This document shows positions 10,089-17,469 of a stretch of DNA of 64,000 nucleotides, in pieces. Below the pieces are notes generated by a model. It had not been told where the DNA came from and did no database searches. It saw only the letters and a list, made by a program, of their open reading frames with translations. How positions within the stretch are numbered: position 1 is the first letter of the stretch; each line of letters opens with the position of its first letter. The DNA is taken from the sequence record PV261924.1. One strand, written 5' to 3'. The position numbers and the translations under genes were made by a program.

Positions 10089-10340
10089 TTAATCGTAGTG
10101 TTTGAGTGTTGAACCTGGTTGTTTCTTGGCTGCGCCAATTACATCTTTCCAACCTGGATGTTTGGTGTAGATCTTATTAAATGGATCACCCATTTCAACA
10201 CCCAAACAAGGAGCGTTGTCGGGGGTATAAAAACGTTCCCAGTCGGGATTGTCCTCACGCCATTGATCCCATGCATGAATACTCATCTGGATCTCTTTCT
10301 CTTCACCAGTCTTCTTATTTCTTACTGGATACGTTGCCAA
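10089..10340 (-). CDS. Conserved cyanophage hypothetical protein
   Basis: MATYPVRNKKTGEEKEI...; found between thyX and phoH. Confidence 0.7.
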   Translation of the reverse strand: MATYPVRNKKTGEEKEIQMSIHAWDQWREDNPDWERFYTPDNAPCLGVEMGDPFNKIYTKHPGWKDVIGAAKKQPGSTLKHYD

Positions 10341-10370
10341 CTTATTTCTCCATTGTAATGTGTATATTTA

Positions 10371-11006
10371 TTACCACTCCAGAGCCTCTGAAATGACAGG
10401 GAATTGCTCCTTGAAGATCTCCTTACAAGAGTTTGCAATGTCCATGTGTTCCTTCTGTGTACCATTGGCAGACCGAAGATCGATGTAATGAATCCAACTG
10501 CGAATTGAACCAGTCATATACATTTTGGTTGGTGTTGCCAACGGCAATACAAAGCGAGCACATTCTTTGGCGACTCCTGCTTCCAACATCTGATTGTAAA
10601 GATTATATGAGGAACTAAACAGAGTGACCATCTGACGTTCCAAACGGTCAACAACTTCAGGATCAAGATCGTCAATACTATTCTGACGATTCTTAACGTC
10701 TTGACGCCTCAGTTCGGGGAGTTCAATCTCAGTAGACAAGAGATTAGTACTTGCATATCGTTGAGAGAACTCTTGGAATGTAAACGAACGATGCCGCAAG
10801 ACTTGAGCAGCAAGACCACGGGTAGTCTCAATCTCAAGAGTCATGAATGCTTGTTCAAAAATACTCCAGTGTTGATGTTTGATACAATATCTTAGGAGAC
10901 CAGCAAAGTTCTCATTGTCCTGATTGTTTGGGTTAGACACACGTGCACAGTATGCAATGTGTTGCTCAGCATCAGGAGTGACTGAGATTAGTTTCGCTTG
11001 ATTCAT
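10371..11006 (-). CDS. thyX: Flavin-dependent thymidylate synthase
   Basis: RHRSFTFQEFSQRY signature. Confidence 0.96.
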   Translation of the reverse strand: MNQAKLISVTPDAEQHIAYCARVSNPNNQDNENFAGLLRYCIKHQHWSIFEQAFMTLEIETTRGLAAQVLRHRSFTFQEFSQRYASTNLLSTEIELPELRRQDVKNRQNSIDDLDPEVVDRLERQMVTLFSSSYNLYNQMLEAGVAKECARFVLPLATPTKMYMTGSIRSWIHYIDLRSANGTQKEHMDIANSCKEIFKEQFPVISEALEW

Positions 11007-11127
11007 GTTTCTTTTGTGACTTTTGTTGTTTACGTTCCTTCTTTACCCTTTGTACATAAAGTCTCTCACCTTCTGTGAAAAGTTCTGGGTGTTTAAGGAT
11101 GTACTTGATTGCTTTCTTTGTTTTCAT
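10972..11127 (-). CDS. Small basic hypothetical protein
   Basis: MKTKKAIKYILKHPELFTEGERLY. Confidence 0.6.
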   Translation of the reverse strand: MKTKKAIKYILKHPELFTEGERLYVQRVKKERKQQKSQKKHESSETNLSHS

Positions 11128-11335
11128 GATTGAAGTATGCGTTGAAATATGCAACGATTCCATTACTTAACTTGTTCCCCTGAGAGATCCAAGTGTCAAC
11201 ACACTCATAGATATCTTTTGTTGAATATGATGTTTTGTCTATACGACCACTACCATATCTATTTAACAAAACTTTAAGACATTGTTCACGGAGTTTCATT
11301 CTCTCCTCCGTGTACCTCCAATCCTCATTCGTCAT
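11093..11335 (-). CDS. Hypothetical protein
   Basis: MTNEDWRYTEERMKLREQCL; tightly packed operon. Confidence 0.65.
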   Translation of the reverse strand: MTNEDWRYTEERMKLREQCLKVLLNRYGSGRIDKTSYSTKDIYECVDTWISQGNKLSNGIVAYFNAYFNHENKESNQVHP

Positions 11336-11483
11336 CTTCGAATACCTCATCGTAGTCAGGGAGTGGAGGAAGTCTTTCCTCCGTCTTTACGTATGCACCA
11401 GGATCAGAATACACCTCCGATTCCAATGCGTCAAGTAGAAGTCTGAGATTTCTGATGATTAATTTAAGATTGTCTTTTTCCAT
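11325..11483 (-). CDS. Conserved small hypothetical protein
   Basis: MEKDNLKLIIRNLRLLLDALESEVYSD. Confidence 0.7.
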   Translation of the reverse strand: MEKDNLKLIIRNLRLLLDALESEVYSDPGAYVKTEERLPPLPDYDEVFEDDE

Positions 11484-11508
11484 AAAAAAAGGGGACCTAT
11501 GTCCCCAG
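11484..11508 (-). terminator. Rho-independent terminator
   Basis: GGGGAC-ATAG-GTCCCC followed by T7 on minus strand. Confidence 0.75.
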
Positions 11509-11536
11509 TCTAACAGATTATTGAACAAGTGACAAG

Positions 11537-11704
11537 TCACTTGACGTAAGTGCGTCCACGGTAGCAAAATGTTCCGTGGGTTTCATTTTTCTCTTCACAG
11601 TGTACATCATACTCAACACCACGATATGCAGTGTGAGAAATCTGTGCGTCGTGAAGTGCAGATGCTTTGTTGATCTGCTTCTTGATCATGTTCAGTGTGT
11701 TCAT
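11537..11704 (-). CDS. DUF4278-like small protein (two YRG motifs)
   Basis: Manual translation MNTLNMIKKQINKASALHDAQISHTAYRGVEYDVHCEEKNETHGTFCYRGRTYVK; GGAG SD. Confidence 0.7.
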   Translation of the reverse strand: MNTLNMIKKQINKASALHDAQISHTAYRGVEYDVHCEEKNETHGTFCYRGRTYVK

Positions 11705-11738
11705 GAGTTTACTCCTGAAATACTAGGGATTTTTACCC

Positions 11739-11954
11739 CGTTCCTTCAGTCGTGTGCGTCCCTGATACACCTCATTCCATGACTGCCGACAAGTTTTTTA
11801 AGAATTTGAGTCTTAGACTTATCAGAAAGATATGGATCTTCCATAACCACATCTATAACTTCCTTCACCGACTCACAGGACATTGGATGTTCTGAAGCAG
11901 TTGCAGGAGTGAATAGAAGTAGAAGGAGTATGAAGTATTTCATGGGATGAACGA
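11739..11954 (-). ncRNA. glnA-like RNA module 2, with a 65-aa ORF inside its P2 loop
   Basis: UCGUUCAUCCC (11954-11944) pairs with GGGACGCACACGACUGAAGGAACG (11762-11739). Confidence 0.55.
11746..11943 (-). CDS. Small signal-peptide protein nested in the RNA stem loop
   Basis: MKYFILLLLLFTPATA signal peptide; ATG directly follows UCCC; last codons RDAHD* are encoded by the RNA 3' strand. Confidence 0.7.
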   Translation of the reverse strand: MKYFILLLLLFTPATASEHPMSCESVKEVIDVVMEDPYLSDKSKTQILKKLVGSHGMRCIRDAHD

Positions 11955-12527
11955 TTAGAGTGATTTTTTCCAGCGACGAATAGAAGTATGAGATGTTTGA
12001 TAAACTTCTGCAAGTTTTCTAATGGGTAAAGATAAAATAGATTCATCTTTACTTACATCTTTTAGAAAGTCATCATACATTTTACCTCTGGTATATGTTA
12101 TGGATTTAGTAGTAGCGTATTCTTTTGGATTACGACTTCTACCTTTCCACCACCCAGAAGGAATGTCATTCTCATAAACTACTCGTTCATTTTTACCGTC
12201 AGTAATACGAACTTTACCAAAACAGGGATTGCCTCTACCAATTCGTTCTCCCTGAGAACAGAAAGAAAATGAAGAAGATGTTTGCTTTGCCCTATTAGCA
12301 AAGTGAGGATTAGTATCAACTTGATAAAACTCATGGAGTTTTACTTCCGCTTCAACTGCTTCCTCTCTCGTAGCATGTTCGGTAAGAATGATTTTAGAGG
12401 AAGGATTAAATGTTTTGTCTCCATAGGAACCAAAATAATTATCCTCCACTGGATTACACTCACATCCTCTGCTACCAATGTAGCCTCTCCCAAAGGGTTC
12501 GTAAGAGTAGTAAGTGTAATAAATCAT
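11955..12527 (-). mobile_element. Free-standing GIY-YIG (Seg-like) homing endonuclease gene
   Basis: YYTYYSYEPFGRGYIGSR (GIY-YIG variant), EEAVEAE, W.KGR motif, C-terminal HTH-like segment. Confidence 0.75.
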
Positions 12528-12542
12528 TCTAATTGCTTACGC

Positions 12543-12586
12543 TCCGTTCCGCGACTTACTTGCGTCCAGTTACCTGGATGAACGAC
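12543..12586 (-). ncRNA. glnA-like RNA module 1
   Basis: UCGUUCA-UCCAG-GUAA-CUGGA-CGCAAGUAAGUCG-CGGAACG: P1 CGUUC/GAACG, P2 hairpin, AAGUAAG loop-E-like strand. Confidence 0.6.
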
Positions 12587-12587
12587 A

Positions 12588-12620
12588 GGTCTATTATAGA
12601 CCACTGTAGTTATTTAGTCA
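12588..12620 (-). promoter_or_regulatory. Promoter elements upstream of the glnA-like RNA
   Basis: CTAAATA late-promoter-like box, then TATAAT inside the palindrome GGTCTATAATAGACC. Confidence 0.45.
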
Positions 12621-12808
12621 AGGGGCCCGTACTCTTCGCCCTCTTTGATCAGTTGGGACACATAGTTTTCTGTCCCATCCATGGTCTTGACTTCGAAGAT
12701 CGTGGACTTCTGATACTTCTTGATCTTTTTATATTTTTTGACGAGGGCTTGAACCTGATCTTGGTTCATGTCCAAACCTTCGAACTTAATGTCAAATCCG
12801 TTACTCAT
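12614..12808 (-). CDS. Conserved hypothetical protein
   Basis: ORF track; KKYKKIKKYQKS..F motif. Confidence 0.65.
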   Translation of the reverse strand: MSNGFDIKFEGLDMNQDQVQALVKKYKKIKKYQKSTIFEVKTMDGTENYVSQLIKEGEEYGPLD

Positions 12809-13086
12809 TTTCTTTTCTTGTCGGACTTCTTATCACCACCCCAGAGTTTGGGATTGATTCGACCTTCAGTTTGTGTCATGTTCTTGAAATCACTACGGTA
12901 GTTATCCCAATAATGATCAAAGATATCTACCTTCTTCTTTGAAGTTACAATATCAAACTTTGTCATACCATCTTGAAGATACTCAACAAGATAAGCTGTG
13001 TATGGGAGACTCTTATCTTGTGCAAGTGATGGATCACAATCCTGATGGAGAATTCTTATACTATCACTCAAGATCGACCACCCCAC
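12805..13086 (-). CDS. Conserved hypothetical protein
   Basis: DCDPSLAQDKSLPYTAYLVEY, GRINPKLWG; start may be slightly downstream. Confidence 0.7.
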   Translation of the reverse strand: MGWSILSDSIRILHQDCDPSLAQDKSLPYTAYLVEYLQDGMTKFDIVTSKKKVDIFDHYWDNYRSDFKNMTQTEGRINPKLWGGDKKSDKKRK

Positions 13087-13541
13087 TCAATATCGGGATA
13101 GGCTTTACGAACCACATCATCAGTGATCTTGTACTGAGCACCAAGACGTTTGTCTTTTACAAGACACAGGATTGATGCTTCCTCAGGATGAAGACCTTCG
13201 AGCATTTGAATAAACATAGACTCTCTACGTGTCTTAGAGAGACCGTCATTACCACCTTTTACAAAGTGATACAGATTCCTACACTCCTTACGAAGTGAGG
13301 TGTGATCGGTGCCAAGAGGTGCCTCATTCTTATTAAAAGGTACTTCACCCTCAGGGAGCATTGACAGAACACTGTCATCAAAGTTCCAAATCAGAATAGA
13401 TGTGAGTGCATCACATCGATGTTCTTGTAAGATTTCAATCTTTTTTGCTTTCGTTCTTTGTTTAGATACCAACTCAAGAATCTCATGAACAAATGGGTTG
13501 GGAGGTAATTTAGTTTTCACAGTGAAAGATTTAGTTGCCAT
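13068..13541 (-). CDS. Conserved T4-like hypothetical protein
   Basis: LIWNFDDSV.S.LPEG.VP, RRESMFIQMLEGLHPEEA. Confidence 0.8.
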   Translation of the reverse strand: MATKSFTVKTKLPPNPFVHEILELVSKQRTKAKKIEILQEHRCDALTSILIWNFDDSVLSMLPEGEVPFNKNEAPLGTDHTSLRKECRNLYHFVKGGNDGLSKTRRESMFIQMLEGLHPEEASILCLVKDKRLGAQYKITDDVVRKAYPDIEWGGRS

Positions 13542-13580
13542 TGTATGTTCAATTTAGTTTAGAATATTTATTTGGTGGTG

Positions 13581-13802
13581 TCAATCTTCAGACTCAAAGT
13601 CCTCTAGGCTATTTTCAAACCTAACAGCTAAAACATCATCTGGAATAATTTGTCCATTTTCGTCAAACATCTCTGGATGTGTTGGAATAAATGTTGAATT
13701 CCTTTCGATTACATATTCCTTTAAAAGATATCCAATCACTCCTCCCACCAAAAGGAACATGATTGAAATGACCGTGGACAATGTAAGTGTGACTGCTAAC
13801 AT
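13581..13802 (-). CDS. Small membrane protein
   Basis: N-terminal TM segment; HPEMFDENG motif. Confidence 0.7.
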   Translation of the reverse strand: MLAVTLTLSTVISIMFLLVGGVIGYLLKEYVIERNSTFIPTHPEMFDENGQIIPDDVLAVRFENSLEDFESED

Positions 13803-13803
13803 C

Positions 13804-13959
13804 TTAGCTCTCCTTTTTTCTTATGTCAAACTGAATGTCTAAGAAAAAATGGAACTCTCTTCGAAGGAAGGAGACCATCTTTCCAAACTTTACTTGAAAA
13901 GTTTTAGGTGGTTCCCTCCTCTTTTTATTTCTGAGTAATAATTCAAATCCCCTATTCAT
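13804..13959 (-). CDS. Hypothetical protein
   Basis: MNRGFELLLR...REFHFFLDI. Confidence 0.6.
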   Translation of the reverse strand: MNRGFELLLRNKKRREPPKTFQVKFGKMVSFLRREFHFFLDIQFDIRKKES

Positions 13960-13978
13960 CTTAGGAGACTCGTTGTCA

Positions 13979-14329
13979 TTATTTAGAGACTCTTCGTTTT
14001 CTTCCAGGTCGTTTATCATTTTTATACCTCTCTGCGTCATGAAGAATATTGGCGAGATAATTCTTAATCTTTCTTGCCTCTGGTTTACCTAGGTGACCGT
14101 AACCCTCACGTAATTGTTTGTGAACCTCGTCACTACCACCCTCCAGATACCCTTCAAGGTCCAACACAAGGTTCTTTACCTCAGTGGCAGTACAACTCAT
14201 CAGGAACTCCTCTACGACAGTTCTAGAGACCTTACTGTCTTTGAGATATGCATACATGTCAAGCATATATTTACCTTCGAAGACGTAATCAATTGTCTTC
14301 TCTACTACTTCGTATAGTTCCTCTACCAT
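13979..14329 (-). CDS. Conserved hypothetical protein
   Basis: YLEGGSD..HKQLREGYGHLGKPEARKIKNYL. Confidence 0.75.
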   Translation of the reverse strand: MVEELYEVVEKTIDYVFEGKYMLDMYAYLKDSKVSRTVVEEFLMSCTATEVKNLVLDLEGYLEGGSDEVHKQLREGYGHLGKPEARKIKNYLANILHDAERYKNDKRPGRKRRVSK

Positions 14330-14568
14330 TACACCAACTTATTCTCCTTCAAATATTTAACAGTTTCCATGCATCCACCAATAGTTTTACCATCAACTGA
14401 TACCTGAGGGAAGGTAGAACCTTGTCCAAAGTCAGCATAAAATTGATTTTTATCAAAGTCTCTACCCAATTTGAGTTCAACATACTGAAGTTCAGCAAGT
14501 TGTAATGCAGAAACTACCTTGGTGCAATAAGGACAACCGTTCTTTGAGTAAACAGTGAAGACTTTCAT
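14329..14568 (-). CDS. Glutaredoxin
   Basis: CPYC active site, TFPQV, IGGC. Confidence 0.93.
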   Translation of the reverse strand: MKVFTVYSKNGCPYCTKVVSALQLAELQYVELKLGRDFDKNQFYADFGQGSTFPQVSVDGKTIGGCMETVKYLKENKLV

Positions 14569-14652
14569 AGTAAAATTAATAGTGGGATTGAGATAGTTAG
14601 AATTGCTATTAGGAAACCCCCTGCCATATTTAACAGGGGGCGTGTACTGTGT

Positions 14653-14820
14653 TCAGTCATCTTTCTTTTTACGTTTACCCGTGATCTTATCGTAGTCATA
14701 CTTCATAGCCATAACGAGCCATGATGATGACAACGAATCTGGACCATGATCGAGAAGATATATCTGACGTTCAGATAACTTCTTCATCTTCTTGTACTCT
14801 TCTCGCCAAGTATTATCCAT
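14653..14820 (-). CDS. Small hypothetical protein
   Basis: Manual translation MDNTWREEYKKMKKLSERQIYLLDHGPDSLSSSWLVMAMKYDY... Confidence 0.6.
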   Translation of the reverse strand: MDNTWREEYKKMKKLSERQIYLLDHGPDSLSSSWLVMAMKYDYDKITGKRKKKDD

Positions 14821-14835
14821 GTATATATCTAGACA

Positions 14836-14856
14836 AAAAAAGAGGGGTTGACCCCT
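14836..14856 (-). terminator. psbD terminator
   Basis: AGAGGGG-TCAA-CCCCTCT followed by T7. Confidence 0.8.
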
Positions 14857-14883
14857 CTATAGTATCACGTTGTCAAGTTCTTG

Positions 14884-15945
14884 TCAAAGAGCATTGCCAC
14901 GTGGGAGTACTTCCTCAGGAAAAACAAAGTTTTCATGTGGCTGATCGACTCCTGCCATCCATGCACGAATACCTTCGTTCAAGAGAATGTTCTTAGTATA
15001 AAAAGTCTCAAACTCTGGATCCTCCGCCGCACGAATCTCCTGAGATACAAAGTCGTAAGCACGAAGATTAAAAGCGAGTCCAATAATACCGATAGAAGCA
15101 GTCCAGAGACCCATGACGGGAACAAAGAGCATAAAGAAATGCAACCAACGCTTGTTACTAAAAGCAATACCGAAAATCTGTGACCAGAAACGGTTCGCAG
15201 TAACCATCGAGTAAGTCTCCTCCTCTTGTGTACTATCAAAAGCTTTGAAAGTATTTGCCTGTTCGCCATCTTCGTAGAGTGTGTTTTCGACAGTCACACC
15301 GTGAATGGCTGAGAGTAAAGCACCACCAAGGATACCTGCGACTCCCATCATGTGGAAGGGGTTGAGTGTCCAGTTATGAAATCCTTGTAGAAAAAGTAGG
15401 AATCGGAAGATTGCCGCGACACCAAAGCTCGGCGCAAAGAACCAACTGGATTGTCCAAGTGGATAGATGAGAAATACAGAAGTGAATACGGCAATAGGAC
15501 CTGAAAAAGCAATCGCATTGTAGGGACGGATACCGACGAGACGAGCAATTTCAAACTGACGTAACATGAAACCTATGAGAGCAAATGCTCCGTGGAGTGC
15601 CACGAAATTCCAGAGTCCCCCAAGTTGGACCCAACGGACGAAATCTCCCTGAGCTTCAGGACCCCATAAGAGTAAGAGGCTATGTCCGAGAGCATCAGCA
15701 GGAGTAGAAACAGCAGCAGTGAGAAAGTTAGCCCCCTCAAGATATGAACTCGCCAGGCCATGGGTGTACCAACTGGTAGCAAAGGTGGTTCCTGTAAGCC
15801 AACCGCCAATAGCGAGATAAGCTGTAGGGAAAAGGAGAATGCCAGACCAACCGACAAAAACAAACCGATCACGCTTAAGCCAATCATCGAGAACATCGAA
15901 CCAGCCTCCCCCTTGTTTAGGAATAGAAAGTGTAGATGAAGCCAA
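14884..15945 (-). CDS. psbD: Photosystem II D2 protein
   Basis: [14 protein letters not shown]...[10 protein letters not shown]; start codon at 15945 is TTG. Confidence 0.98.
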   Translation of the reverse strand: MASSTLSIPKQGGGWFDVLDDWLKRDRFVFVGWSGILLFPTAYLAIGGWLTGTTFATSWYTHGLASSYLEGANFLTAAVSTPADALGHSLLLLWGPEAQGDFVRWVQLGGLWNFVALHGAFALIGFMLRQFEIARLVGIRPYNAIAFSGPIAVFTSVFLIYPLGQSSWFFAPSFGVAAIFRFLLFLQGFHNWTLNPFHMMGVAGILGGALLSAIHGVTVENTLYEDGEQANTFKAFDSTQEEETYSMVTANRFWSQIFGIAFSNKRWLHFFMLFVPVMGLWTASIGIIGLAFNLRAYDFVSQEIRAAEDPEFETFYTKNILLNEGIRAWMAGVDQPHENFVFPEEVLPRGNAL

Positions 15946-16023
15946 AAGTTTAACCTCTTAGAATACTTATCATATTTAGTTTACACTTCTTTACATAAGG
16001 GGTCAAGAGTATATGTACCCATT

Positions 16024-16048
16024 AAAAAAGGGGTCACTAGGACCCCTT
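16024..16048 (-). terminator. psbA terminator
   Basis: AGGGGTC-CTAGT-GACCCC followed by T run. Confidence 0.8.
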
Positions 16049-16137
16049 CTTGATTATTCTTTTTTTAGACGGTCTGTATAGTTGAGGCCAAGTGTCACGA
16101 ATGATCTCAGCCTCTTTATACGGAGTATCCGTTGTTA

Positions 16138-17217
16138 TCAACCGATGCTTGGAGCAGTCAATGCAACAGGAGTGGACTCAGCAGCAGCCAGATCCAGTGG
16201 GAAGTTGTGAGCATTACGCTCGTGCATTACTTCCATTCCGAGACCTGCACGGTTCAGAACGTCAGCCCAGGTGTTGAGGACTTTACCCTCAGAGGACTGA
16301 ATAGACTGGTTGAAGTTGAAGCCGTTCAGGTTGAATGCCATGGTGGAGACACCAAGTGCAGTGAACCAGATACCAATTACTGGCCATGCTGCCAGGAAGA
16401 AGTGAAGTGAACGGGAGTTGTTGAATGATGCGTATTGGAAGATCAGACGACCGAAGTAGCCATGAGCTGCAACGATGTTGTAAGTCTCTTCTTCTTGACC
16501 AAACTTGTAACCGTAGTTCTGTGACTCGTTCTCAGTGGTTTCACGAACCAGTGAGGAGGTAACCAGTGAACCATGCATTGCGGAGAACAGTGAACCACCG
16601 AAGACACCAGCGACACCCAACATGTGGAAGGGGTGCATCAGGATGTTGTGTTCTGCCTGGAAGACAAGCATGTAGTTGAAGGTACCAGAAATACCCAGGG
16701 GCATACCATCAGAGAAAGAACCTTGACCGAAAGGATAGACGAGGAAGACTGCAGATGCAGCTGCAACAGGTGCAGAATAAGCAACACAGATCCAAGGACG
16801 CATACCCAGTCTGTATGACAGTTCCCACTCACGACCCATGTAGCAGAAGACGCCGATGAGGAAGTGGAAGACTACCAGTTGATAAGGACCACCATTGTAG
16901 AGCCATTCATCCAGAGATGCGGCTTCCCAAATGGGGTAGAAGTGAAGACCAATTGCGTTGGAAGAAGGAACAACTGCACCAGAGATGATGTTGTTACCGT
17001 ACATCAGAGAACCAGCGACTGGTTCACGAATGCCATCGATGTCCACTGGGGGAGCAGCGATGAACGCAGTAATGAAACAAACGGTTGCTGCCAACAGAGT
17101 TGGGATCATCAGCACACCGAACCAACCGACATACAGACGGTTATTTGTGGACGTGACCCAGGAACAGAAGGATTCCCAGGTAGAGGCGCCTTGTTGGCGC
17201 GAAAGAGTTGCGGACAT
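16138..17217 (-). CDS. psbA: Photosystem II D1 protein (359 aa, intronless)
   Basis: [10 protein letters not shown]...HNFPLDLAA; start refined to MSATL. Confidence 0.99.
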   Translation of the reverse strand: MSATLSRQQGASTWESFCSWVTSTNNRLYVGWFGVLMIPTLLAATVCFITAFIAAPPVDIDGIREPVAGSLMYGNNIISGAVVPSSNAIGLHFYPIWEAASLDEWLYNGGPYQLVVFHFLIGVFCYMGREWELSYRLGMRPWICVAYSAPVAAASAVFLVYPFGQGSFSDGMPLGISGTFNYMLVFQAEHNILMHPFHMLGVAGVFGGSLFSAMHGSLVTSSLVRETTENESQNYGYKFGQEEETYNIVAAHGYFGRLIFQYASFNNSRSLHFFLAAWPVIGIWFTALGVSTMAFNLNGFNFNQSIQSSEGKVLNTWADVLNRAGLGMEVMHERNAHNFPLDLAAAESTPVALTAPSIG

Positions 17218-17229
17218 TGTTTTGAACAA

Positions 17230-17340
17230 AAAAGTAAGACCATCAGGGAAATGGTGGAGTTACTATTTCCTCGTACCCTTAACGAGGATATGAAAGACGT
17301 GTTTATACTCCCTAGAGGTCTTGGTTTAAGGGGAGTTTAG
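17230..17340 (-). ncRNA. Structured psbA leader, likely PhotoRC-II-type motif
   Basis: Hairpins CCTCGT..ACGAGG, ACCAT..ATGGT and CCT-CTAG-GG in the 5' UTR; this family is known upstream of cyanophage psbA. Confidence 0.5.
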
Positions 17341-17369
17341 GTAAGTCAGGAAACCCTGACCTGTCCATG

Positions 17370-17403
17370 TATTTATAATAACCTACTTTGGTGGTCCTGT
17401 CAA
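17370..17403 (-). promoter_or_regulatory. Dual sigma70 + late promoter of psbA
   Basis: TTGACA-N17-TATTAT overlapping TATAAATA (17377-17370). Confidence 0.75.
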
Positions 17404-17416
17404 CTCTTTAAGCCAC

Positions 17417-17445
17417 TTGACAGACTGTCCATTCTTGAATAGAAT
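17417..17445 (+). promoter_or_regulatory. Orphan plus-strand sigma70 promoter (antisense to the 533-aa ORF)
   Basis: TTGACA-N17-TAGAAT. Confidence 0.5.
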
Positions 17446-17469
17446 AGGCTTGTCCAGGATGATAAGGGT

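Noticed and set aside
15946-17217. Group I intron or homing endonuclease in or after psbA
   Set aside because: psbA is an uninterrupted 359-aa ORF and the psbA-psbD spacer is only ~190 nt.
14881-17340. Overlapping ORFs within psbA and psbD
   Set aside because: A by-product of host-like codon bias; no independent signals.
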